NCBI GenBank assembly: GCA_037447435.1
Contig: JBBIGR010000004.1
Coordinates: 128,001 to 192,000 of the forward strand
DNA length: 64,000 nucleotides
Origin: Fibrobacteria bacterium
Lineage (GTDB): Bacteria > Fibrobacterota > Chitinivibrionia > Chitinivibrionales > FEN-1185
Direction: 5' to 3'
The notes below the pieces were generated by a model that saw only the letters and a program-made list of their open reading frames with translations, had not been told where the DNA came from and ran no database searches. Shown here piece by piece: positions 30,026 through 40,110 of the stretch. Numbering within the stretch: the first letter of the stretch is position 1; every line of letters starts with the position of its first letter. The position numbers were made by a program, and so were the translations under genes.

Positions 30026-31687
30026 TTATTTGATTAAAACATTATTCTGCTTTTGGTTCATATAGCAGAGTTTTATCCATGCTTTGCTTCTGGCAATACT
30101 GCTTATGCAGAGTTCGTCGATAGCGCCGCGAAAATAGCAAAATCCTTCATTCGCACTTGCGGTTATCGATTGAATATACCTGCCGACTGTCACATCGTTG
30201 CCTACCTCGCGCGGAAGTACGCCGTTCATTACCGTAACACCGGAATCGGCAAGCGTTCCGTCGACATACAGATATTGCTTATCGTTGCTTCGAACGCCAA
30301 CGACATAATGCCAGTCTCCGTTCGAAGCAGGAGCTTGAGAGAACTCCCAAATCTGTGATGAATTGTATTGAGCGAATTGCCAAAACGGAGTCTTTAAAAG
30401 CGAATCATATTTGACCTTGAGGAAATACTGTTCATTTCCTTTCGACATGACCACATGGTTTGTCGTATCAAGCGAATCGATTCGTACCCAGGCTGAAACC
30501 GAATAATTTCCGTTTTGAGGAAAATTTAATGTGCTGGATGCAGATCCGTGCATCTGGAAATAACTGGAAATCCCGTCGTAGATCCTGCATTTACCAATAA
30601 TACCTTGTTGTGAATTGGCAGTAGCCATACCATAGCAAGTTCCCGAATGATTATTGATTGTCGCGTCGATACAAGGAGCGTCGCCGGCTTCCTCAAAATG
30701 CCATACGCCCTGAAATCCGGTTGCGGTATCGAATACCTTTTCCGAGGAATTTTCACCCGGAACGGCACTGTTTCCCCAGAGCATTCTCAGCACTTGCGAA
30801 TTACTGTTCCCCAGGATTGTGTCGAGCCGTACCCAAATCTGGGCTTGTTGCTTTTGAACGTCCCACTGGTCGATGGCGTAAGCGAGCCGACGATTTCCGC
30901 GGACAAAAACAATATCGGAGCCGCTTGCGCTTGCGGTAGTAAAATCAAAATCCGGGGCAGTCAACCTGATAAGCAACGGAAAATCAAGCACCGCTTCGCC
31001 GACATCTGCTCCGGCTGGCGTCGTATTAAGGGTAAACATCTTGCTGTATGTAAAAACGGCGATATCGGACAATACGGTCGTATCGCCCGAAATGATTTCA
31101 AAGCTGTCGATCAAACTAGACACGGATGCAAGCGAATCCGTTGCAAAACTCAAGGCGAATTTTCCCGTAGGCAAATCGTTGAAAATGAAACTGCCGCTAT
31201 CGACCAGGGCAATACGCTCAAGGCCTTTTATTTGAGCAAACAGCAAAGTCTTGGAAGTTCCGGGAACAATCCCCCGCAAAACGCCCGATTTCCGGATAGT
31301 GCAGGCCCCCAAAGGAATCGTATCGTTTTCATTCTTCACAACGACCGGCAATGCCGAAACATTTCCGCGATTATCGTTTACTTCAATAAAATAGCTGCCG
31401 GTGTCCAATGTTGTTATATGGAAATAGCCGTTATTGTCCGTGAGCGAGTCAAGCCTTCGCACTGCGGTTTTTTCGGCATTTTTTGGAGGCATAGCGACAT
31501 AATCCTGACGCCTGATTCGTACCGTTGCGCCGCCACAGGCCGAACTGTCGGAATAAACAATTCGAGCGGTAATCCCGTTGGTTGTTTCCGAGGCACCGCC
31601 GTCGGCAATCCTTGACTTTGAACAAAAACAAAAAATGCTTACGCAACCAAGAATTGCCGATCCAAACAATCGAATCAGAGGTTTCAT
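30026..31687 (-). CDS. Lipoprotein with DUF2341 and LamG/concanavalin-like domains
   Basis: Lipoprotein-type signal (IFCFC-SKS..GGASETTNG); FPLLIRL..FDF..GSDIVF..LAYAIDQWD..AQIWV (DUF2341); GVWHF, SVSAWV, WHYVVGV..LYVDG, GAIDEL (LamG). ATG overlaps the upstream TAA. Confidence 0.88.
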   Translation of the reverse strand: MKPLIRLFGSAILGCVSIFCFCSKSRIADGGASETTNGITARIVYSDSSACGGATVRIRRQDYVAMPPKNAEKTAVRRLDSLTDNNGYFHITTLDTGSYFIEVNDNRGNVSALPVVVKNENDTIPLGACTIRKSGVLRGIVPGTSKTLLFAQIKGLERIALVDSGSFIFNDLPTGKFALSFATDSLASVSSLIDSFEIISGDTTVLSDIAVFTYSKMFTLNTTPAGADVGEAVLDFPLLIRLTAPDFDFTTASASGSDIVFVRGNRRLAYAIDQWDVQKQQAQIWVRLDTILGNSNSQVLRMLWGNSAVPGENSSEKVFDTATGFQGVWHFEEAGDAPCIDATINNHSGTCYGMATANSQQGIIGKCRIYDGISSYFQMHGSASSTLNFPQNGNYSVSAWVRIDSLDTTNHVVMSKGNEQYFLKVKYDSLLKTPFWQFAQYNSSQIWEFSQAPASNGDWHYVVGVRSNDKQYLYVDGTLADSGVTVMNGVLPREVGNDVTVGRYIQSITASANEGFCYFRGAIDELCISSIARSKAWIKLCYMNQKQNNVLIK

Positions 31688-32514
31688 TACTCGCGTTCCT
31701 TGTTTGAAAGCGGGAATAATGCAAGAGCAAGTTGATAGACGCCGGTAGGTTCGGTATCGGACGTCGCCAAGGAAATCAGTTCGTTTCTAAACTGTTTTAT
31801 TCGTTGACATATCTGATTAAACCGCTCCTCGGAAATACTCATGGTGATTGTGGAAATATCCCGTTGCTTTGCATCAACGCTGTTGAGCGCTCCTTTAGCA
31901 AGGTCAAGAGAATCCATCTGGAATTGCCGTACGGCAACAGAATGCCATATATCGCCGGTGGAAATCGCCTGCTTTACTTGTTTGTATAAGCCGTCCTTGT
32001 TTTTTTCAATAAGACCAAGCCGGCATAAAAGCTCTATTGACTGTTGAGCCTCTTTAGGCGTTATCGCGGGCTGCAGCAAATGCGCTATTCTGCGGAAATC
32101 GTCGTTTATTTTTTTGACAGCCACAAGTTCGCGAATAGCGGAATGATACCATTTTGAATAAAATTCATACGATGCAGGCTGGACAATTGCTTTTTGAGGT
32201 TCTTGAAGACGCACCAAGGCATCAAGAAACTGCTTCTTTTCAACATGGGTTTTGGCCTGATTGAAATGGACAAGTCCTATGAAAAACTCGGTTTCTTTAG
32301 CATCGAGGCCAATTATTTGGGCAAAAAGCGGTATTTTCTTTTTGGAAAGATTTCGTTTGCCCTGAATAATCCAGGTGATATGCCCCGGCGATTTCATGCC
32401 GACACGTTCTGCAATATAACGGTAGGTAAAACAAGGTTTTTTCGCTTTTATCGCTTTTTGTGCATCGGCAATAAAAACCCGGAAATCCAGATAATCAAAT
32501 ACGCTTGGTGTCAT
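31687..32514 (-). CDS. TIGR02147-family (DUF4423) protein
   Basis: SVFDYLDFR, FTYRYIAERVGMKSPGHI..IIQGKRNLS (HTH-like), WYHSAIREL, RDISTITM, VYQLALALFPLS. Confidence 0.9.
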   Translation of the reverse strand: MTPSVFDYLDFRVFIADAQKAIKAKKPCFTYRYIAERVGMKSPGHITWIIQGKRNLSKKKIPLFAQIIGLDAKETEFFIGLVHFNQAKTHVEKKQFLDALVRLQEPQKAIVQPASYEFYSKWYHSAIRELVAVKKINDDFRRIAHLLQPAITPKEAQQSIELLCRLGLIEKNKDGLYKQVKQAISTGDIWHSVAVRQFQMDSLDLAKGALNSVDAKQRDISTITMSISEERFNQICQRIKQFRNELISLATSDTEPTGVYQLALALFPLSNKERE

Positions 32515-32544
32515 ATGCGTCCTTATGCTTTGGCCCCAACCTAT

Positions 32545-32667
32545 AATATACCACAATCTCTACAATAATTCATCAACTATTTCAATAAAAATGTAAACAA
32601 ATATTAGGTTTTTTAGGGTAAAAAACCGATTTTTTCCAATTCAAAACGGTAGTAATTTTGTGAACAA
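32545..32667 (-). promoter_or_regulatory. Promoter of the TIGR02147 operon with paired boxes
   Basis: TTGTTCACA (32667-32659), TTGTTTACA (32600-32592), -10 TATATT (32550-32545). Confidence 0.6.
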
Positions 32668-32683
32668 TAAAATACAGGGAGGA

Positions 32684-32709
32684 GTAGAGACGCAGCATGC
32701 TGCGTCTCT
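32684..32709. repeat. GTAG-type REP-like palindrome
   Basis: GTAG head; AGAGACGCAGCATGCTGCGTCTCT (32686-32709) is a perfect 24-bp palindrome downstream of galM. Confidence 0.7.
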
Positions 32710-32738
32710 CGAAAACCCGCGCAGTGTAAATACAACAA

Positions 32739-33905
<1,167 letters not shown>

Positions 33906-33924
33906 GGGAACACTTCCTTTTACG

Positions 33925-35367
33925 TTAGAAGCCATATGCCAATTTGATCATAAAATACCAATCTTTATCCGATGTCAAGTTGTCACCGTAATCGCCGTAA
34001 CGCGGATCCGACAAATTGATAATCGCATGCCGGTGATCGCGGGCAACCTGGGCGATTACCTGGACATTGTTTCCAATTGATTTTTTGGCATAAACCGACC
34101 ATTTCACATAATGGACATAGGAGCTGTCCATACCGGTACGCTCGCCGACAGCCGGAGAATACGGAATGGGTAAACGACTCCCCTTACCGAGAATTTGATT
34201 ATAATAATCGTTATAGTAGCGGTTTTTGAAATATTCAAACTCCAGCGACAAAACGTCGAGGAACTTGAAGGTCGGAACATTGAAACCGAGCATAATGGGC
34301 ATTCGCTCAAAGAAAAGATCGTAGCGAATGGTCGAGTCTTTATATATAGGATAATCTTTTAATCCAAGAACAGCCAGTTCACCGTATACCTTGCAATCCT
34401 CGGAACCGAACAGGTGAAACGGAATCAACGGCTTCGGATCAAAAGTACCGTGCACCATGATTTTTGTCCCGGCAAAAGAATAAAAGGTCGTGTCCCCCAC
34501 GGTGATTGGAATGCCATTTTTGTCAACGCCATCCCTGATGTTTTTAATTTCGGATATGGTTCTGCTGTCATGGGGCGTCGTATTGTTTTCATCGACCGAA
34601 AACATCCGTTGCCCGCTTATCCCGCCGCCCAATGTAAAAACGGATTTCCAAATGTTCATAGAAAACAGATAAGATAGAGATATGTCCTCATAAGGAAAGA
34701 TTTCGGTTTCGCTGGTCAACAGCAAATTATGGGTGAAAGAAAAATCGGCGTTATTTTTCAAAATGGAATTTTCAATATTGAAACCGAGCAACCGATTCAT
34801 CGGGAAATCGAAATTATTCGTTATGATTGTGGGGTAACATTGACTTCGGAACATATATTCGCCAAGGTTCATTGCCTCCTGATTGTATTTGAACTTAAAA
34901 TACCCGGCTTGTAAAGTCAGGGGAAATGCGCCTTTCAACGGATTATACGTCAAATCCGCCCGGTCGATAATCATATTGATACCGGGTAAATACGAAGGAC
35001 CGTTGTTCTGAGCTACCGTTGTCGAATATTGATACCAAATCTCGGTCCCGACATCGATATGAAGCCGATCATTGACAGGCGCGCTCAAATCGAGCCGGGT
35101 TTCGAATCGTTCCTGCCACCGGTGGTCGAGTTCTTCCGGACCGTAATACCCGTGCATTATTTCTCCGAATTCCATCCAGCCGAATCCGGAAATCTTCAGG
35201 TCGCTTAACGATACCGGTTTTTCTATATTTGGTTTGACCGTGTCGGCAATATCAACGCGGCTATAAGAAGGTTTGACCGTGTCGACAGTATCGGACTGGG
35301 CAAATGATCTCAAAGAAAATAAAAGAATGAGACTTGCGGACAGGGTGATGAAAAACGTTTTCTTCAT
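33925..35367 (-). CDS. Uncharacterised outer-membrane beta-barrel protein (paralog 2)
   Basis: Signal peptide ending SFA; C-terminal DWYFMIKLAYGF; shares G.F..KYN..A...GEY.FR..CYP..I..NFD.P..RL.G with paralog 1. Confidence 0.78.
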   Translation of the reverse strand: MKKTFFITLSASLILLFSLRSFAQSDTVDTVKPSYSRVDIADTVKPNIEKPVSLSDLKISGFGWMEFGEIMHGYYGPEELDHRWQERFETRLDLSAPVNDRLHIDVGTEIWYQYSTTVAQNNGPSYLPGINMIIDRADLTYNPLKGAFPLTLQAGYFKFKYNQEAMNLGEYMFRSQCYPTIITNNFDFPMNRLLGFNIENSILKNNADFSFTHNLLLTSETEIFPYEDISLSYLFSMNIWKSVFTLGGGISGQRMFSVDENNTTPHDSRTISEIKNIRDGVDKNGIPITVGDTTFYSFAGTKIMVHGTFDPKPLIPFHLFGSEDCKVYGELAVLGLKDYPIYKDSTIRYDLFFERMPIMLGFNVPTFKFLDVLSLEFEYFKNRYYNDYYNQILGKGSRLPIPYSPAVGERTGMDSSYVHYVKWSVYAKKSIGNNVQVIAQVARDHRHAIINLSDPRYGDYGDNLTSDKDWYFMIKLAYGF

Positions 35368-35437
35368 GTAAGCGCCTCCTCAGCAGAGATTTTTTAAATT
35401 CATGGAATTCAACAAAATGCAAACCGGTTTAGAGATC

Positions 35438-35478
35438 CGGAATTACATGTTTTCCTGTTGGCAAAGCATGTAATTCCG
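35438..35478. other. Intergenic stem-loop between GH31 and the barrel gene
   Basis: CGGAATTACATG (35438-35449) / CATGTAATTCCG (35467-35478); the T-run follows only on the + (antisense) strand. Confidence 0.7.
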
Positions 35479-35497
35479 TTTTTTGATCGGATCGGTA

Positions 35498-38221
35498 CTA
35501 TCTCACGACAAGGATTTTTTTCAAAACCGTACAATCGCCGCTCGAAAGACGGACAAAACAAACACCCTGCGCAAGATTACCCGTAGTCAATGAAAGTGTC
35601 TGTTCGCCCTGGGAAAGCGCCGACAATTTGAATTCCTTTACGACAGCACCTGAACCTGCAATCAATTTGACCGACAGCCCGTTATTTCCGGAAAAGGAAA
35701 TGGGAATGAGCAGACGCCCCGCATTCAACCGTATATTGGTCGATTTAAGAAAAACAGAGGACGGTCTCCGGACAACGCCGGTTGTTGAGGAAATTCTGAC
35801 CGTACCGGCGGCAAAAGGAGACACGACCTTGACAAGCACCTGTTTTGCGACGTTGTCCCAGGCCCAGGCCGGTGCAGCCGCAGATGCCAACGCCGAAACG
35901 ACAACTTTATTAGGAGAAATGTCGCCCGATTGCACGGACACCGACACAGGAGTCCATGAAATAGTATGGAATACGAAGGTACCGTTGCTGTCGGCAGCCG
36001 GCGTATAGGATCCTTGTTTGGCACCTACGGTTACTTGTTCGTCGGCATTTGTAGACATATGCGTATACACGATGTCGCGGTATTGGCCTTTTTCGTAATC
36101 ATACGTCACACCGTCGTCGTCGAAATATTCAAAGGTTCCGTTTGCGCCGCCATAGACATGAAACGACACGGGAACAATGGCATTATTCGTGTTTTGAGTT
36201 ATCGGATAATTATTCAGGTACGACACGACTTTCTGGGTCGGAATGATCGCACCTTGCTTTACCAGCACCGGAATCGTATCGGTATTGACCCCAATCGCAG
36301 TGGCCGCGCCGCCGACGTATGTTGCATCAGTCCAGTAATTCACCCAATTTCCCTGGGGCAAATATACCGATTTTGTTGTCGCGGTATAACCGGATACTAC
36401 CGGGCTGACAAGAAAATTATCGCCGAACATCCAAGAGTCTATGCTTTGGGCAACGGTATTATCCGCCGGATAATCCATGACAAGCGGCCGGACAAGGGGA
36501 ATGCCGTCGCGATGAAGTTTCCAATATGCCGAATAGATATAGGGAATCAAGGCATATCTGAGTTTTATGTATTTGGTCGCCACCCGTTCGGCGACGCCGC
36601 CGTCGGCAGGATTATTGGAATATTTCGACGTATATCCGCTCGTGTAAACCCAAGGTTGTCTCTGACAACCTTCGTTACCATGAACGCGGTATATGGGCGT
36701 GAAGGCCCCGAATTGCATCCAATGGAGGTAATCGGCAGAAGACGGATCGGTTTTGAACCCGCCGATATCCTGTCCCCACCAAGCTCCGCCGACATTGACA
36801 CTCGACAGCATGAACAAACGGTTATCCTGCAATGACTGGTTTGAGCATTCGATATCGCCGGACCAATTGCCAAACGCGTATTTTTGGGCTCCGGCAAAAT
36901 ACGATCTGTTAAGGGACCAAACCCGGTTATTATGGTATTGCGGCAAACCGGCAGTCGAATCGTACCGTTGACCCATATAGAGACTTTTTTGCATATTCAA
37001 GGGCTCGAACGGATCGCTTATATTATTGCAGGCTTCAGCCTCGTCGTTCCAATACGCAATCATACCTCTGCCGTAAGAATCCCAGGCAGGATTGACAAAT
37101 TTTTCCCAATACGTTTTACGAATCGCAGGATCGGCAAAATTGCCGCAATTTCCCCATTGTTTACTTCCGGCCCAAATACCGTGCGGTTTTCTGATTCCGA
37201 TGAATTTTACGCCTTGCCCATCCGCCCACCGCTTAAGATCGCCACCTGTCGAAGCATTGTAATTGGCAGACGCGGAAGGAAAAGCCTTGGTCACTTCCCA
37301 TTGAAAATCACCGTCTGTCCCGCCAAGGGCATTATTATAATTAAACCAGTCGTAATCAAAAATGAAACCGTCGAGCGGAATATTTTTAGATCGATATGTT
37401 TGAACAATTGTTTTTAATTCTGTTTCGTCGAGTCCCCATTCCGAATTCATAAATCCGCATGTCCAACGGGGCGGAACCGGATACGAACCCGAGGCTTTAT
37501 AATAACCGGACATGATCTGAAGCGGAGTTCCTGCCATAAGGAAGAAAAGGCAGTTTGTGTTTGCGCATGCAGGGCTCGTACTGCTTCTTGTTATATTTAA
37601 AGTCGTCGCATTTGCAAAATTAAAGTCGCCGCGTTCCGCATCAACAAAAATTCCGAAACCTTTCGTCGTCCAGGTAAACGGAGACGTACCTCGTCCTTCA
37701 TTTGTCGCGGTACTGTTAAACAACGTAACGTCGCCCGACTGAACAAGTCCTTTACTTGGGTCGTAATCATCGTCGTAGGTGACATTGTTAAGTCCATAAT
37801 AATTTCCCGCTATTATTGTTCCTTTCAGGGAATATTGACCTATCGAGGTCGAACTGAACAAAATTGTTCCGGCATTATTTTTGAAAACAATACCAAAAGC
37901 AGCTTTTGCGATAGTTACCGAATAATTCGGTCCCGTCAATATTATAGGGTCGCCAGCCTGATTAATATTAGTAAATGATAAGGTTGAACTGTAATTGGCA
38001 TCCATGATATCGCTGACATTCGAACCGGCGTTGGATTGGCGATATTCCACCCGCACCATATTCTCGGTAGCAGGCGAAAAATCCACGGCACTCCCATTAG
38101 ACAACATGCAACGCACGGTATTGCCGGTAACGGTTACCGTTGATACGGATTGTGCATGTACCCAACCGGCACAAACACCAAAAAGAAATGCAAAAAGCAT
38201 TATTCGATTCAGCTTCATCAT
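35498..38221 (-). CDS. Secreted glycoside hydrolase family 31 (alpha-glucosidase/transglucosidase-like) with DUF5110 and CTD
   Basis: IPLDGFIFDYDW, YWNDE (nucleophile), WSGDI (acid/base), GQDIGGF, WMQFGAFTPIYRVHG, YFDDDGVTYDYEKG; CTD GVCFVRL. Confidence 0.93.
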   Translation of the reverse strand: MMKLNRIMLFAFLFGVCAGWVHAQSVSTVTVTGNTVRCMLSNGSAVDFSPATENMVRVEYRQSNAGSNVSDIMDANYSSTLSFTNINQAGDPIILTGPNYSVTIAKAAFGIVFKNNAGTILFSSTSIGQYSLKGTIIAGNYYGLNNVTYDDDYDPSKGLVQSGDVTLFNSTATNEGRGTSPFTWTTKGFGIFVDAERGDFNFANATTLNITRSSTSPACANTNCLFFLMAGTPLQIMSGYYKASGSYPVPPRWTCGFMNSEWGLDETELKTIVQTYRSKNIPLDGFIFDYDWFNYNNALGGTDGDFQWEVTKAFPSASANYNASTGGDLKRWADGQGVKFIGIRKPHGIWAGSKQWGNCGNFADPAIRKTYWEKFVNPAWDSYGRGMIAYWNDEAEACNNISDPFEPLNMQKSLYMGQRYDSTAGLPQYHNNRVWSLNRSYFAGAQKYAFGNWSGDIECSNQSLQDNRLFMLSSVNVGGAWWGQDIGGFKTDPSSADYLHWMQFGAFTPIYRVHGNEGCQRQPWVYTSGYTSKYSNNPADGGVAERVATKYIKLRYALIPYIYSAYWKLHRDGIPLVRPLVMDYPADNTVAQSIDSWMFGDNFLVSPVVSGYTATTKSVYLPQGNWVNYWTDATYVGGAATAIGVNTDTIPVLVKQGAIIPTQKVVSYLNNYPITQNTNNAIVPVSFHVYGGANGTFEYFDDDGVTYDYEKGQYRDIVYTHMSTNADEQVTVGAKQGSYTPAADSNGTFVFHTISWTPVSVSVQSGDISPNKVVVSALASAAAPAWAWDNVAKQVLVKVVSPFAAGTVRISSTTGVVRRPSSVFLKSTNIRLNAGRLLIPISFSGNNGLSVKLIAGSGAVVKEFKLSALSQGEQTLSLTTGNLAQGVCFVRLSSGDCTVLKKILVVR

Positions 38222-38323
38222 ATACCACCTCTCTTGAATTGGTTGAATCTGTAAAAAGATTGGCTAATAGATTTATGGCTTTCCAAGGGTATCGATTGCC
38301 ATTCAATGGAAACAGCTTTGAAA

Positions 38324-38452
38324 AATATACGAATTTTTTTTTAACAAACCATCATTTTTTGACTAATTATGTGAACAGAATTTTCATTTAAACCTTAAAA
38401 TGACAGATATTATCGATTTTTAAACATTTTAAACATTTCATTTTGTGAACAA
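38324..38452 (-). promoter_or_regulatory. Promoter of the GH31-barrel-galM operon with paired boxes
   Basis: TTGTTCACA (38452-38444), CTGTTCACA (38378-38370), -10 TATATT (38329-38324). Confidence 0.65.
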
Positions 38453-38493
38453 AAAGTGAAAACAGGAAATATCGAGACGGAATTGCGATTAAT

Positions 38494-38623
38494 TTGTTCA
38501 CTTATTTTAATTGGATTATCATAATAACAAACTTAAAAAACGATATATTAGCATATTAATCGGTATATTAGTTCACATTTTTTTATAATTATTAATGCTT
38601 TATTTATTTTTTTTTGGTATATT
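38494..38623 (+). promoter_or_regulatory. Promoter of the GH71/99-like-GH87 operon with paired boxes
   Basis: TTGTTCACT (38494-38502), TAGTTCACA (38569-38577), -10 TATATT (38618-38623). Confidence 0.65.
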
Positions 38624-38739
38624 TACCAGTATCTCATTGAAAGTTTGGAAGATTGCGGTTATCATAATACAGCACAAGGATGTTTACGCGATTAAATGAG
38701 GTAGGTTTAAAGTTTGATTTTTGAAAGGATGGCTTCCGT

Positions 38740-40056
38740 ATGAAGCTTACAAAAAGTATTAAAAAAATTAGTATAATTCAATTTTTTCTGCTTATAACTG
38801 CAGTCTCAGTTCCGGCAAAATCCCTTTATGTCCACTATATGCCCTGGTTTCAAAGCAAAGGCATAAGTGGCAATTGGACTCATTGGGGTGACACGATTCC
38901 AAATCAAACATCCCATCTTACTCCATTAATTGGACTATATGATTCTCGAGACCCTGATGTTTTGGAATATCAGGTTCTTTTAATGAAATATGCCGGTTTA
39001 GACGGCTTATTTATGGACTGGTATGGTTCAACCGGCAATGGCCCCGAATATGGAACGCAACCAATATTTCAAATTTTAGCAAAGGCAGGATTGAAATATG
39101 CAATTGTATGGGAAGACAGGTGGGTGAACAATCAGGGTGGGGCAACTCCGGTATTACAATTTATGGAAAACAATTTTTTCAAAACAGCCAATTACGTAAA
39201 GATTTCAAACCGGCCCCTCTTGCTTGTTTGGCAAATAACCTACACAACTGGCGCACAATGGACATCGAACATGAATTCCACTTCATTTCAAAACAAACCA
39301 ATTCTTATTACCCGAGATAATCCATTGACACCTGCGGCTGAAGGTGCATATAGTTGGATAGATGCCGGCGGCGGTACGGCAAAAGCAGTATCCAACCTTG
39401 ACGCCTTCATAGGAAATACCTGGACCTATGTAATACCGACTGCACTTCCCCGCTTTTGGGATGATTATGCCGGATTTTCCTACGGCACCATTGATGATCA
39501 GTCTGGTAAAATGTTCGTGAATACCCTCACCGATTGCATGGAAAGCGGCAAAGATATATCCCAAATAGCAACATGGAACGACTGGCAGGAAGGAACTGTC
39601 ATAGAACCTTCAACTTTGTATGGATATCGCGACCTTGAAGTGATTCAAACAATGCGAAAAAAATATATCGACCCCAACTTTTCTTTTCTGCCAACCGATT
39701 TGCGTTTGCCCGATACGCTTTTCCGATTGCGAAGGCAATTCAAGGGAAATGCTGGAAAAACAGCCCATTTGGACAGCGCTGCAAATGCCCTTTTTCAGGG
39801 TAACCCTGTGAATGGGCGGAAAATCCTCCAAAATTTGCCCCCGGTTTCTGCAATAGAAAACAGTGGTTCTCATACAAAAATTCCGATTGGTTCTTCTACG
39901 GCAACCGTTTTTGATATACAAGGAAGAAAAATCTTAAGCCCCGATTTGCAGCAAGCGAATGCAGGGCTTTTAATAAAGCGGTTACCCTCCGGCGTATACA
40001 TAATGAAAAAAAACCAAAATGCGTCTATGAGGAGATTTATAACAGCCGATCGATAA
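38740..40056 (+). CDS. Secreted GH71/GH99-like glycoside hydrolase with CTD
   Basis: HYMPWF, PLIGLYDSRDPDVLEYQ..LMKYAGLDG..DWYG, ATWNDWQEGTVIEP; CTD FDIQGR...GVYIMK. Confidence 0.88.
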   Translation: MKLTKSIKKISIIQFFLLITAVSVPAKSLYVHYMPWFQSKGISGNWTHWGDTIPNQTSHLTPLIGLYDSRDPDVLEYQVLLMKYAGLDGLFMDWYGSTGNGPEYGTQPIFQILAKAGLKYAIVWEDRWVNNQGGATPVLQFMENNFFKTANYVKISNRPLLLVWQITYTTGAQWTSNMNSTSFQNKPILITRDNPLTPAAEGAYSWIDAGGGTAKAVSNLDAFIGNTWTYVIPTALPRFWDDYAGFSYGTIDDQSGKMFVNTLTDCMESGKDISQIATWNDWQEGTVIEPSTLYGYRDLEVIQTMRKKYIDPNFSFLPTDLRLPDTLFRLRRQFKGNAGKTAHLDSAANALFQGNPVNGRKILQNLPPVSAIENSGSHTKIPIGSSTATVFDIQGRKILSPDLQQANAGLLIKRLPSGVYIMKKNQNASMRRFITADR

Positions 40057-40110
40057 TTGAAAACGTATGTTCCGATTTCACACGCTAACCGATATTCATG
40101 GGAGATAAAA

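Noticed and set aside
30647..31615. 322-aa + strand ORF (and other long antisense ORFs such as 35966-36835, 55467-56216, 24546-25235)
   Set aside because: Shadows of well-supported minus-strand genes; no recognisable motifs.
38370..38577. TCACA/TGTGA half-sites suggesting CRP/FNR class I sites
   Set aside because: The partner half-site is missing at the N6 spacing in the copies checked; the motif is directional, not palindromic.
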